Positions 46,058-56,164 of a stretch of DNA of 64,000 nucleotides are shown one piece after another. The stretch's first letter is position 1; every line of letters starts with the position of its first letter. The notes beneath the pieces were generated by a model, which worked only from the letters and a program-made list of their open reading frames with translations, was not told the origin of the DNA and did no database searches. The translations under genes were made by a program, and so were the position numbers. The stretch lies in assembly GCA_965203485.1 (NCBI GenBank), contig OZ241892.1, positions 2,240,001 to 2,304,000 on the forward strand. Direction: 5' to 3'. This DNA is from Longimicrobiales bacterium (lineage in GTDB: Bacteria; Gemmatimonadota; Gemmatimonadetes; Longimicrobiales; Gaopeijiaceae).

Positions 46058-46503
46058 CAGCGTCTCTCCCTTGTGAGGCTGCGTTCCACCTCGGTCGCGA
46101 ACACGACGCGAAGCACTCCTGCCGACACCAGCTCCTGCTGAACGGCGTCGACGAACCGGTACGGAACCGTGCGGTCCGACCGGATCGATATGACCAGATT
46201 GCGGTTGTCCCGGTAGAGGGGAGCGACGATCGTGCTGACCTCGTCCATCGACCGCCGCGCGTCGCTGATGTACACGTCCCCGTTCTGCTCTACCCAAATG
46301 TTGAGGATGTTCTTCTGCTTCTCGTCGATCTTCTCGGTGGCCTCGGCCTGCGCCCACTCGATGTTGCGGTTCGTGTCCGTCTGGAAGACGGTGGAAACCA
46401 TGAAGAAGATCAGGAGGAGGAACGCGATGTCCGCCATCGACGACGACGGGATCTCGTGCGAGGCCTTGGACTTGCGTTCCAGTCCGCCGGATTTCAGCGC
46501 CAT
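46057..46503 (-). CDS. exbD: Biopolymer transport protein ExbD
   Basis: IPSSSMADIAFLLLIFFMVST. Confidence 0.92.
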   Translation of the reverse strand: MALKSGGLERKSKASHEIPSSSMADIAFLLLIFFMVSTVFQTDTNRNIEWAQAEATEKIDEKQKNILNIWVEQNGDVYISDARRSMDEVSTIVAPLYRDNRNLVISIRSDRTVPYRFVDAVQQELVSAGVLRVVFATEVERSLTRERR

Positions 46504-46509
46504 GTCGCC

Positions 46510-46935
46510 CTAGCCTTCCAGCATCTCGATGGAAATGCGCTCGGAGCCGGCCGACTGCAACGCGTCGAGCACGTCGATCATGAACCGGTAGGGCGCTTCC
46601 GGGTGCGTCTTCAGAGCAGCGATCAGAAGCGGATTCTGGGTCACGTCCTGCCTCCAGATGCGCTCCACGTCGCCGGGGCGCACGGTCTGCTCCTGCTGGC
46701 TCTCGCCTCGCTTGATCGTCACGCGCCCGTCCGCATTGACGATGATGTGGAGGATGTTCTTCTGGCTGACCTCCACCGTTTCCTCGCGCTCGGGCAGGAC
46801 GATGGCGAGACCCTTGTCCTTGGGGAACGTGGTCGTGACCAGAAAGAAGATGAGAAGCAGGAACGCGATGTCCGCCATGGAGGACGACGGGATCTCGTCC
46901 GAGACCTTCGACTTCTTGTTGCCCATCAACGCCAT
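46510..46935 (-). CDS. exbD: Biopolymer transport protein ExbD
   Basis: IPSSSMADIAFLLLIFFLVTT. Confidence 0.92.
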   Translation of the reverse strand: MALMGNKKSKVSDEIPSSSMADIAFLLLIFFLVTTTFPKDKGLAIVLPEREETVEVSQKNILHIIVNADGRVTIKRGESQQEQTVRPGDVERIWRQDVTQNPLLIAALKTHPEAPYRFMIDVLDALQSAGSERISIEMLEG

Positions 46936-46966
46936 GCGCCGCCTCCGGCCGGTGTCGGGGTGGTGG

Positions 46967-47644
46967 TCAAGTGCTTGCCTGCGCGTCCCGGACGACCTGC
47001 AGCCTGCCGTCGCGCTCCAGGTCCCAGGCGATGTTGAGAATCTTCTGCGTGCTCTCGTCCATGTCCAGGATCAGCTTGTCGATGCGGGACACGAAGAAGT
47101 TGTAGCCGATGTTGACCGGAATGGCGATCGCCAGCCCCGCCGCCGTAGTCAGCAGGGCCACCTTGATGCCCCCCGCGACCAAGCTGGGCTCCACCGTGCC
47201 GGCCTCGGCGATCGCGTCGAAGGCGAAGATCATGCCCGCCACCGTTCCCAGGAAGCCCATGAGCGGCGCCACGTTGGCGATCGTAGCCAGGATCACCAAG
47301 CCGCGTTCCAGGAAGCTCAGCTCGATGGCGCCGGTCGTCGCCACCACCTGCTCGAGCTCGCCCTTGCCGAGCTTGAGGTTGCGGATCCGCCGGAGCCCGG
47401 CCAGCAGGATCGCCGCCGCCGGCCCCGGAGTGGCGGAGGCAATGTCGGACGCCCGCTCCAGGTCGCCGGCCCCGGCGGCCTCCTCCACGTTCTTGATCAC
47501 GGCCGTCGCTCCCCGGTGGGCCACCCAAAGCGTCCACGCCTTCGCGATGATGACGCCCACCGCGATGAGGGAACACAGGACCAGCGGGTACATCATCCCG
47601 CCGCCGTCGGCGAACAAGCTGGTCAGCCGGTATTGGGTGTCCAA
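46967..47644 (-). CDS. exbB: MotA/TolQ/ExbB proton channel
   Basis: APLMGFLGTVAGMI, GIKVALLTTAAGL. Confidence 0.92.
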   Translation of the reverse strand: MDTQYRLTSLFADGGGMMYPLVLCSLIAVGVIIAKAWTLWVAHRGATAVIKNVEEAAGAGDLERASDIASATPGPAAAILLAGLRRIRNLKLGKGELEQVVATTGAIELSFLERGLVILATIANVAPLMGFLGTVAGMIFAFDAIAEAGTVEPSLVAGGIKVALLTTAAGLAIAIPVNIGYNFFVSRIDKLILDMDESTQKILNIAWDLERDGRLQVVRDAQAST

Positions 47645-48156
47645 CGCTCAAAGCTCCCTGGGGATCGAGGAAAGGGCGGCTCCGCGGGCGACGCTCGCCG
47701 CGCGCGAGGCGTCCACGAAATCTATGGGCGCGCGCCCCGCGCCGCACGAAGGCGAGACGCCGCGCGGGAGCGACCGATGCCCGCGACCGCCGTCCGCTGC
47801 GGCTCTGAATCCGCGGGCACGCGAGGGTTCCTTGCCAATGTAAGCACGGAACGGCGTCGGCGCCAACAAGCGGCCACGGCGAGGCGGCGCCCGCGTGCGC
47901 GAAGGGACGCCAACGTGGACGGCGAACGTCGGTGTTGCGAGCGCGGCCCCCGCGTGCGCGAGGGGACACGCCCAACACCACGGGCGGCGTCAACCCCTCT
48001 TGCGCAACGCGCCCAGCCGCTCGGCGGGGACGTCCGCGGCCCCTGGAGCCTCCGCGGGGCGGCTCCCTGGTTATCGTTGGAAGCGAGACGCGGAACCGGA
48101 CGGGCGCGGCCGCTCGGGACAAGTCGCGGAGCGAGGAGACCGGCGAGGGAGGGCGC

Positions 48157-48966
48157 GTGGGCGGTTTCGGGCAGCAGTTGCGGTTCCTGGCACCGGGGTG
48201 GACCGATCTGTTCGAGATCGGGATCGTGTTCTTCCTCTTCTACCGCATCCTTCTGTTCATGCGCGACACTCGCGCCATGCGGATGCTCGTGGGGATGGTC
48301 TTCATCGCCGGGCTCTACTTGCTGGCGGTCATCCTCGACTTCGCGGTGATCCGGGCGTTGCTTGCGGCGCTGCTGCAGTACGGCGTCATCGCCGCGCTCG
48401 TGGTGTTCCAGCCCGAGATGCGGGCGGCTCTCACGCGCCTGGGCGAGACGAGGCTGGCGCGCCTCCTGGCGTCCGGCCCCAAGGGCAGCGTGGTCGACCA
48501 GCTGGTGGCAGGGACGGAGCGCTTGGCGCGCTCCGGTTGCGGGGCGATCCTCGCGGTGCAGCGCGAGACCGGATTGCGGGACTACGCGCAGACGGGCGCT
48601 CCGGTGGACGGGAAGCTGTCCACGGAGCTGCTGGAGACGATCTTCGCCGCGCGGTCCCCGTTGCACGACGGGGCCGTGATCGTGGTGGGCGACCGCATCG
48701 CCGCGGCGGGCGTGATCCTGCCGCTCACGCAGAACCCGGTGGGCGACCGCACGCTGGGAACGCGGCACAGGGCGGCGATCGGCCTCAGCGAGGAGACGGA
48801 CGCGGTTGTGATCGTCGTGAGCGAGGAGACGGCGCGCGTCTCGGTGGCCCAGCACGGACGAATCGAGACGGGCGTGGACGCGAGGAGCCTGCGCGAGGCG
48901 TTGGAGCGCGCTCTGTCGGCAAGCGCCCACGGATTGGCGGGGCCGGCGACGGTCGGGCGCGCATGA
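48157..48966 (+). CDS. cdaA: Diadenylate cyclase CdaA
   Basis: 3 N-terminal TM, FQPEMR, PLHDGA, GTRHRAA, VSEET. Confidence 0.95.
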   Translation: MGGFGQQLRFLAPGWTDLFEIGIVFFLFYRILLFMRDTRAMRMLVGMVFIAGLYLLAVILDFAVIRALLAALLQYGVIAALVVFQPEMRAALTRLGETRLARLLASGPKGSVVDQLVAGTERLARSGCGAILAVQRETGLRDYAQTGAPVDGKLSTELLETIFAARSPLHDGAVIVVGDRIAAAGVILPLTQNPVGDRTLGTRHRAAIGLSEETDAVVIVVSEETARVSVAQHGRIETGVDARSLREALERALSASAHGLAGPATVGRA

Positions 48967-49032
48967 GGGACGGCTTCGACCGGCCGCGCGGCCGGCTACT
49001 GGGGCGTCCCTCGGCCGGCGGGGGCGCGCCGG

Positions 49033-50676
49033 CTAGGAGTCTGTAGGCCGTAGGGAAGGGGCCGGGGCGTAGCAGACGGGGCGGCGGGCAGGCGTTAGGC
49101 GGACGGGTCGGGCGATGGGCGGCATGGGGCGTCGGCGGGCGTGCAACGGACGACGCGAGGCCGATTTTGGGCGGGAAAGGGCGCGCGGGGCGTGCGGAGC
49201 GTCGCGTTTGGGCGCACGACGCCTGGGGGGCGTACGGTTCGCGAAGAGCTTGAGCAGGTTGTGGCAGGCGCAGACCAGCGCCCACTCGGCCTCGACCGCC
49301 TCGAGTCTTCGGAACGAGAAGCGCCGAAAGCCGCGCGCCTGCTTGATCTGGCCATTGACCGGCTCGACGACGGCCTTGCGGCGCGCGTACAACGCTCGTC
49401 CGTCCTCGCTGGCGACCCGGGCCCGCATCCGCTCCCGTGGCGACGCGTCCTGCCGCGCGGCGGCGTCCGTTTTCGGAGATGTCCCTTGGGGCTTGCGCGC
49501 CGTCGCGACCCAGGCCTCCGTCCCCAGGGCGCGCGCTTGCGCCTCGACGCCCGGACGCCAGTATCCGGCGTCGGCCGTCGCGTTCGCCGGCGCCTCGCCC
49601 AGGTTCGCCCTGGCCCGCTCGAGCACCGGCTCCAGATTGCGGCAGTCGGCCGGCTGGTTCGTCACGCCGTGCGCCACGACGACCTGCGCGGCGTCGTCGA
49701 CCGCCAGTTGCGCGTTGTACGCCTGCACGAATCCGTGCGCCCCCATCATGATGTGGCTCTCCGGGTCCGTGAAGTTGCATTGCGCCCCGCCGACCGGTCG
49801 CCCGCCCGGCGTCGCCGGCGTCTCCTTGCGCGGCAACTGTCCCGGCTCGCTCGCGGACGCGCCGCCTTGCGGGTCCAGCGCGTCCGCACGCGCCCGCCGC
49901 CGCGCCGCCTTCGTGCGCAATCCCTTCGCCACGACCGAACTCCCACAGCGCGCCGCCGTCCGCTCCATGCCCTGCGCTTGTGCCCGCAACTTGCGCGCCC
50001 GCGCCCGCCGCGCCTCGTCCTCCAATCGCGCCTTCGCTTCCCGGATCCGCGCCAGCCGGCCCTCGCGCCGGCTCAGCGCCTCCGGCAATCCCTCCGCGCT
50101 TCCCTCCCCCTGCGACTCGGCCCGGTCCGCCGCTTCCGCCTCCGCCAGCATCCGCGCCACCTCCTCGGCCAACCGCTTCTCTTCGGCCACCATGCGCGCA
50201 TAGCTCATCGCCTTGTGCTTGCTCGCGTTCGCCTCGACCTTCGTCCCGTCCACCGCCACGTGCTTCAGCTTCACCAGCCCCGCCGCCCCGCACAGCTTCA
50301 GCACCTCCACGAACAAGCGCTCGAAGCGCTTGCGGTGCACACGGCGAAACTCGTTGATCGTCGTGAAGTGCGGCTCCGCGTTGCCCGTCAGCACACGAAA
50401 CGCCACATGCTCCCGGCACGCCCGAGCCATGCGCCGCGACGAGTACACGCCCGAGCTGTACGCGTACACCAGCAACGCCACCATCATCCTCGGATCGTAC
50501 GGCCGCTGGCCCCGCGCGTCCTTCGCCTGAACCGCCGCCTCGATCCCCGAAATGTCCAGCTCCGACACCACGTCCAATACGAACCACACCAAGTGGTCCT
50601 CCGGCAACCAGTCCCGCATCGACGGCGGCATCAGGTACAGCTGGTCCAGCCTCCACGCCTGGTACTGCTTCTTCAC
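49033..50676 (-). CDS. IS1182-family transposase
   Basis: LMPPSMRDWLPEDHL, YDPRMM, SSRR, VDGTKVEANASK, TDPES, YNAQ, ADAGY, VEPVNGQIK. Confidence 0.95.
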   Translation of the reverse strand: MKKQYQAWRLDQLYLMPPSMRDWLPEDHLVWFVLDVVSELDISGIEAAVQAKDARGQRPYDPRMMVALLVYAYSSGVYSSRRMARACREHVAFRVLTGNAEPHFTTINEFRRVHRKRFERLFVEVLKLCGAAGLVKLKHVAVDGTKVEANASKHKAMSYARMVAEEKRLAEEVARMLAEAEAADRAESQGEGSAEGLPEALSRREGRLARIREAKARLEDEARRARARKLRAQAQGMERTAARCGSSVVAKGLRTKAARRRARADALDPQGGASASEPGQLPRKETPATPGGRPVGGAQCNFTDPESHIMMGAHGFVQAYNAQLAVDDAAQVVVAHGVTNQPADCRNLEPVLERARANLGEAPANATADAGYWRPGVEAQARALGTEAWVATARKPQGTSPKTDAAARQDASPRERMRARVASEDGRALYARRKAVVEPVNGQIKQARGFRRFSFRRLEAVEAEWALVCACHNLLKLFANRTPPRRRAPKRDAPHAPRALSRPKSASRRPLHARRRPMPPIARPVRLTPARRPVCYAPAPSLRPTDS

Positions 50677-50780
50677 TCGACCCCCCCGTTGAAGAATCGC
50701 TCGCCTCCCCCGCACACCCCCAATATTGCCCCCCCGCCACATCCCGCCACAAGAAGAAACGAGCTATGCGCTACAGGCTC
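49037..50780 (-). mobile_element. IS1182-family insertion sequence with a 4-bp CTAG target duplication
   Basis: Terminal IRs GAGTCTGTAGGCCGTAG / GAGCCTGTAGCGCATAG (13/17 match); CTAG at 49033-49036 and 50781-50784. Confidence 0.9.
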
Positions 50781-52775
50781 CTAGCCGGGCGACGGCAACG
50801 GTTCGACGCCGCCCAATCCGGCCTTGGGCTTCGGCGCCGGCTTCTCGGCGCCGGGCAAGGGCAACTGGGGCTGCTCGGGCTCCCACGCGCCCGCCAGCGG
50901 GGGCAGCGGCGTTCCGGCCACGAGGAGGGCGAGTTCGTCGGCGTCGAGGGTCTCGCGGTCGAGGAGCGCCTTGGCGATCGCGCGGAGAAGCGCCTTGTTG
51001 TTCTCCAGGACTTCGCGAGCGCGGTCGTGGGCCTCGCCGATGATGCGCTTCACCTCTTCGTCCACCTGCTGGGCGGTGTGGTCGGAGACTTCGCGGCGTT
51101 GAACCAGCTCGCGCCCGATGAACACCTCCTGCTCAGCGTCGCCCACGGCCATGAGGCCGATCTGGTCGGACATCCCGAAGCGCGTCACCATGCGGCGGGC
51201 CATCGCGGTGGCGCGCTCGATGTCGTTGCTGGCGCCCGTGGTGATCTTGCCCGGGCCGAACGTCATCTCCTCCGCCACGCGGCCGCCGAAGAGCATCGCC
51301 AACTGCCCGTTCATCCAATCGCGCGTGTAGGCGCGCCGGTCCTCTTCGGGCAACGACGCGGTGAGGCCCAGCGCGCTGCCGCGCGGCACGATCGTCACCT
51401 TGTGGACGGGGTCGAGCCCGGGAACCTTGACGGCGATGACGGCGTGTCCCGCCTCGTGGTAGGCGGTCAGCTCGCGCTCCGATTCGGTGAGCGCCATGCT
51501 GCGGCGCTCCGTGCCCAGCATCACCTTGTCCTTGGCCTGCTCGAAGTCCTCCATCGCGACCTGGTCCACGCCGCGGCGCGCGGCGAACAGCGCGGCCTCG
51601 TTGCAGATGTTGGACAGGTCGGCGCCGCTCAGCCCCGGCGTCCCGCGGGCGACGATCGACAGCTCGACGTCCTCCTTCAAGGGCAACTGCTTCGCATGGA
51701 CGCGCAGAATGCCCTCGCGACCCTTCACGTCCGGCAGGTCCACCACGACTTGGCGGTCGAACCTGCCCGGCCGCAGGAGAGCCGGGTCGAGCACGTCGGG
51801 ACGGTTGGTGGCCGCCAGGAGGATGACGCCCTCGTTGGAGTCGAAGCCGTCCATCTCGACGAGCAGCGCGTTGAGCGTCTGCTCGCGTTCGTCGTGGCCA
51901 CCGCCCAGGCCGGCTCCGCGGTGGCGTCCAACGGCGTCGATCTCGTCGACGAAGATGATGCACGGAGCGTGCGCCTTTCCCTGCTCGAAGAGGTCGCGCA
52001 CACGGGACGCGCCCACGCCGACGAACATCTCGACGAAGTCGGAACCCGACATCTGGAAGAACGGGCGCCCCGCCTCGCCGGCCACGGCGCGCGCCAGCAG
52101 CGTCTTGCCCGTGCCCGGAGGGCCGATCAGCAGGACGCCCTTCGGCAAGCGCCCGCCCAAGCGCGAGAAGCGCGGCGGGTCCTTGAGGAACTCGACGATC
52201 TCCTCGAGTTCCTCCTTGGCCTCGTCGGCGCCCGCCACGTCGGAGAACTGCACCTGCGACGTGTCGGGGCTGATGAGCTTGGCCCGGGAGCGGCCGAACT
52301 GGAATGCCTTGTTTCCGCCCGCCTGCATGGTGCGAAGAATCCAGATCCAGAAAACGATCAGGACGATCCACGGAAGGAAGATGAAGATGCGCTGTCCCCA
52401 TGCGGCGCTCGCGGGCCTAGCCGCCGTTTCGACGCCGTGTTCGCGAAAGGCTTCGACCAGGTCGACCGATATGCCCGGCGGCAACTTCGCCGAAAACCGG
52501 TTGATGTCCTCGTTCTCGGAATGGGAGACGGTGTTGCGGAACTCGCCCTCGACGCGCTCTTCGCCGTGGAAGACGACGTCGAGGACGTTGTCGGCCTCGA
52601 TCTGGCGATACAGCTCCGAGAGGCTGATCTCGCCCGCGGCCCGCTCGGCGCCCCGGAACAGAGTGGCCGCCAGCAACGCCATGACGCCGGTGAGTATCCA
52701 GAACGAGGCGCGCCGCGGCATCTTCGCCAGCGGCTGCTCGCGCTCCTTCTTCTCCGGCGTCTTGCGTTCGGTCAT
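50781..52775 (-). CDS. ftsH: ATP-dependent zinc metalloprotease FtsH
   Basis: [27 protein letters not shown]. Confidence 0.98.
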   Translation of the reverse strand: MTERKTPEKKEREQPLAKMPRRASFWILTGVMALLAATLFRGAERAAGEISLSELYRQIEADNVLDVVFHGEERVEGEFRNTVSHSENEDINRFSAKLPPGISVDLVEAFREHGVETAARPASAAWGQRIFIFLPWIVLIVFWIWILRTMQAGGNKAFQFGRSRAKLISPDTSQVQFSDVAGADEAKEELEEIVEFLKDPPRFSRLGGRLPKGVLLIGPPGTGKTLLARAVAGEAGRPFFQMSGSDFVEMFVGVGASRVRDLFEQGKAHAPCIIFVDEIDAVGRHRGAGLGGGHDEREQTLNALLVEMDGFDSNEGVILLAATNRPDVLDPALLRPGRFDRQVVVDLPDVKGREGILRVHAKQLPLKEDVELSIVARGTPGLSGADLSNICNEAALFAARRGVDQVAMEDFEQAKDKVMLGTERRSMALTESERELTAYHEAGHAVIAVKVPGLDPVHKVTIVPRGSALGLTASLPEEDRRAYTRDWMNGQLAMLFGGRVAEEMTFGPGKITTGASNDIERATAMARRMVTRFGMSDQIGLMAVGDAEQEVFIGRELVQRREVSDHTAQQVDEEVKRIIGEAHDRAREVLENNKALLRAIAKALLDRETLDADELALLVAGTPLPPLAGAWEPEQPQLPLPGAEKPAPKPKAGLGGVEPLPSPG

Positions 52776-52791
52776 TGTCGTCCGGCTGGGG

Positions 52792-53364
52792 TCAAATCGA
52801 TCCGATGCAGGAAAGATGCCGGAATTCCTCCGCATAATCCAATCCATAGCCCACCAAGTATTCGTCGGGGGCGTCGAATCCGACCCAGCGCGGCTCCTCG
52901 GCCAAGCCGGGCCTGCGCTTGTGCAGCAGCGCGCAGATGTCCAGGCTCGCGGGGCGCCGCGCCCGCAACAGGGGCGCCAAGCGCTTGATGGTGAGGCCGC
53001 TGTCCACGATGTCCTCCACCAGAACCACGCTGCGGCCCGCCAGGGACTTCTCGGGCATGTAGAGGAGCTGGAGCGTCCCGCTGCTCGCGCGCTGGTCGCC
53101 GTAGCTGCCCGCCGCGACGAAGTCGAACTGGATGGGCCGGGGAATCCGGCGCACCAAGTCCGCGACGAAGATGAACGAGCCCTTCATCAACGCGAGCACT
53201 AGGACGTCGGCCTCGGGAGGGTAGGCCGCGGCAATCTCGCCGCCGAGCTCGGCGACCCGGCGTTCGATTGCCTCGGCCGAGTAGATGACGCGCAGAAGGG
53301 GACGTCCGGCCAGTTGGCGGCGGGCGACTGCGTCCGCTTGGGGGGGCGGGCTGAGCGGCGTCAT
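52792..53364 (-). CDS. hpt: Hypoxanthine phosphoribosyltransferase
   Basis: [21 protein letters not shown]. Confidence 0.95.
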   Translation of the reverse strand: MTPLSPPPQADAVARRQLAGRPLLRVIYSAEAIERRVAELGGEIAAAYPPEADVLVLALMKGSFIFVADLVRRIPRPIQFDFVAAGSYGDQRASSGTLQLLYMPEKSLAGRSVVLVEDIVDSGLTIKRLAPLLRARRPASLDICALLHKRRPGLAEEPRWVGFDAPDEYLVGYGLDYAEEFRHLSCIGSI

Positions 53365-54905
53365 GGGAACGGCGGCGGCTCCGGCGGCGGGACGCGCGAT
53401 GCACGAACGTGGACGTAGAGGCAGGCGCGCGACGGGGAGGGGGCGGCGCGCGGGGCGGCCATCGCTCCCGGCACCCACAGGACGGGGCCCTCCGCAACCG
53501 CCACCACCGGCACGCCGGCGCGGCGGCGGCGCGGGACGCGCGCTTCGAGAAGCAGTTTCTTCACCTTCTTCCTTCCGTACGGCATCGCCACGCGGTCGCC
53601 GGGCTCCCACGGCCGCACCACGAGCTGCAACGATAGGTCCAAGCCGCCGAATCTCGCCATGTCCGGGAAGCCGGGAAGGGGGCGGCGGCCCCAGGCCACG
53701 TCGACGCGAACGCCCGCGTGCGTGTAGGCGGCCTCGCCGGCGGCGGTCGCGACGGCGACGCGCGGGCGGGCCGAGGAGCGGGTGGCCGGAGAGGGAGTCG
53801 TGCCCGTGGATGGACTGCTGGCGCCCGCGGCACGGGGCGGGACGGACGAACCAGGCGCGGCGGGCAGATGCGGGGCGGGCGCGGGCGGCGCGAGGAAGCG
53901 AAGCGTGCCGAGGTCGTGTTCGGCGACGGCGCCGCCGGGGAGGTCGAGGCGCCTGCCGCTCTGGGCGCCGCGAACGAAGCGCACCAGTGCGGCGGTGGCG
54001 CTTCGGCCGAGGCCGCTGCCGATTCGGGCGGCGGCGCGCCGGAGCACGAGCGACAGCAGAGGATCCGGGAGGCGGGCAAGCGCGTCGCGGTCCAGGGAGA
54101 GCGCCGGAGAGGCCGGGGTGGATGGGTCGGCTGGACGGGCCGGAGCGGCGTTCGGCGAGGCTAGGCCGGCGATGCGGTCGTCCAGGAGCTCGTCGAGCGC
54201 GCGGGCCTGGAGGCGGCTCGTCTCCGCATGGGCGGCAAGCGCCGCCCCGGCGCCGGGGACGGCGTCTTCCAGGGCAGGCAGGATGGTGCGGCGCAGGCGG
54301 TTGCGCACCCAGCGGGCATCGAGGTTCGAGGGGTCGTCGCGAAACGGCACCTGTCCGCCGCGGGCGAAGTCGCGGAGTTCCTTGCGCCAGAACGGCAGGA
54401 GCGGCCGCGCGACGGCCGGCGAACGCCAAGGGAGAATGCCGGCGAGGCCGGCCGGGCCGCTTCCGCGCGCGAGCCTGAACAACACCGTTTCGGCTTGGTC
54501 GTCGGCCGTGTGTCCCGTCGCGACGACGGCGCCGTGCCCGCCGAGCGCCTGCCGCGTCGCTTCGAGAAACCGATAGCGAAGCGCGCGTCCGTCGGCTTCG
54601 GTTCGCGCGGCGGAGGGCGCTCGGCCCACATGCGCGGTCACGTCCCATTTCCGGCAGATGTTCGCGACCCAGCGCGCGTCGTCTTCGCTCTCGGGTCTCA
54701 TGGCGTGGTCGAAGTGGGCCGCGTGCAACTCGGCGCCGCGCGGAGCGGCCCCGCAGAAGCGGAGCAGGTGGAGGAGGGTCATCGAGTCGAGGCCGCCCGA
54801 CACCGCGACGACCACCGTCCGCGCTCGCTGGAAAGGCGCCAGCGTCCCGACGTGCGCGCGGACCCTCGTCTCGAGGGCGCCGGGATCGATCTTGGCCGTC
54901 GCCAC
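53361..54905 (-). CDS. tilS: tRNA(Ile)-lysidine synthase
   Basis: VAVSGGLDS, TGHTADDQAET, RPLL, DDPSN, RNRLR. Confidence 0.95.
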   Translation of the reverse strand: MATAKIDPGALETRVRAHVGTLAPFQRARTVVVAVSGGLDSMTLLHLLRFCGAAPRGAELHAAHFDHAMRPESEDDARWVANICRKWDVTAHVGRAPSAARTEADGRALRYRFLEATRQALGGHGAVVATGHTADDQAETVLFRLARGSGPAGLAGILPWRSPAVARPLLPFWRKELRDFARGGQVPFRDDPSNLDARWVRNRLRRTILPALEDAVPGAGAALAAHAETSRLQARALDELLDDRIAGLASPNAAPARPADPSTPASPALSLDRDALARLPDPLLSLVLRRAAARIGSGLGRSATAALVRFVRGAQSGRRLDLPGGAVAEHDLGTLRFLAPPAPAPHLPAAPGSSVPPRAAGASSPSTGTTPSPATRSSARPRVAVATAAGEAAYTHAGVRVDVAWGRRPLPGFPDMARFGGLDLSLQLVVRPWEPGDRVAMPYGRKKVKKLLLEARVPRRRRAGVPVVAVAEGPVLWVPGAMAAPRAAPSPSRACLYVHVRASRVPPPEPPPFP

Positions 54906-54906
54906 G

Positions 54907-55719
54907 TCAGCCGCCCCGGATTCGTCGTCCGAAGGTCGCCCGCAGCACCCGGTCGTACCAGCGCCGGGGGACGGCGCGCGCCAGCATCGCGGCCGGGGCG
55001 AGCTGCCACGGGAACGCGACGGAGGATTGCTTCGCCAGGATCGCATGCACGACTCGGGCGGCGGCGGGGTCCAGCTCCATCATGAAGGGCCGGGGCTGGT
55101 CGTCGGCGCTGGTCATCGCGGTGCGGACGAAGCCCGGATTGACCACGGTGACCGCCACGCCCGCCCCGCGGAGCTCCAGGCGCAGGCTCTCGAAGAAGGC
55201 GATCATGGCCGCCTTGGAAGCCGAGTAGGCGGCGCGCCCCGGAATCCCGTTCAGGCCGGCTAGGCTGGCCATCGCGACCAGGTGCCCCGAACCGCGGCGA
55301 ATCATCTCGGGAAGCGTGCGCTCCACCACGTGGACGGCGCCCATGAAGTTGACGGCCATCACCCGCTCCACTTCGTCGGCGTCCAGGTCCGCCGCCCGGC
55401 TCCGCGCCGCGACTCCGGCATTGGCGACTACGAGATCGATCGGTCCCAGCTCGACGCGGCAAGCCGCGACGGCATCGCTGACCTGCTGCGGGTCCGACAC
55501 GTCGCACCGATGCGCCGACGCCGCGCCGTGGTAGTCGTCGATGTCCCCCGCCACCTCCCGCAACCGCTCAACGCGTCGTGCCGCGAGGCCGACCGCGTAC
55601 CCTTCCTGGGCGAGGCGCACGGCCACGGCCCGACCGATTCCGGACGACGCGCCAGTCACGAAGGCGACGGGCCGGCTGGCCGCTCCCGTGGGTCCGTTCT
55701 GGCTGGAACCTGGATGCAT
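54907..55719 (-). CDS. Short-chain dehydrogenase/reductase
   Basis: TGASSGIG, NAG, YSASK, PGFVRT. Confidence 0.93.
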   Translation of the reverse strand: MHPGSSQNGPTGAASRPVAFVTGASSGIGRAVAVRLAQEGYAVGLAARRVERLREVAGDIDDYHGAASAHRCDVSDPQQVSDAVAACRVELGPIDLVVANAGVAARSRAADLDADEVERVMAVNFMGAVHVVERTLPEMIRRGSGHLVAMASLAGLNGIPGRAAYSASKAAMIAFFESLRLELRGAGVAVTVVNPGFVRTAMTSADDQPRPFMMELDPAAARVVHAILAKQSSVAFPWQLAPAAMLARAVPRRWYDRVLRATFGRRIRGG

Positions 55720-56164
55720 TGCCGCCGCCGGCGGGAGTCTGGTGGACGCAACGGGGCCTCGGCTCGCCCCGCCCCAAATGTCGCGAAGCCGCGCAAACGA
55801 GGCCAATGGCCTTGCGGAGCCGGCGAGCGCCGCCGCCCCTGAAGCCTTGCAGGCTCGGCATCGAGGCGCCTCCTTTGGGACGCCTCGCGGCCAGTGGCGC
55901 GCCAGCCGGGAACGGCGCCAAGGGCCGTTGCGGAGCGGGCTCCGAGCGTTCCGAGCCCGGCTGCGCGCACCACGCTCATGTGCTATGTTCCCGCGTTGGA
56001 CGCCGCCGGGCATGCCGGTCCACGCGGTGGACGAGACGCGGCCTCGAGGCAGGTCGCGGAGCACGGCGTCGCCCCGCCCGCGCGGCGCGGCCGCCGTTGC
56101 GCTTCCGGCCGTTGCGCCTCCGTGCGCGCCTCCGCCCCGCCACCAACGGAAGAGGAGCCGCTCC

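Noticed and set aside
47890..47969. CRISPR array call
   Set aside because: Only two imperfect repeats, with no leader and no cas genes. Kept only as a low-score finding.
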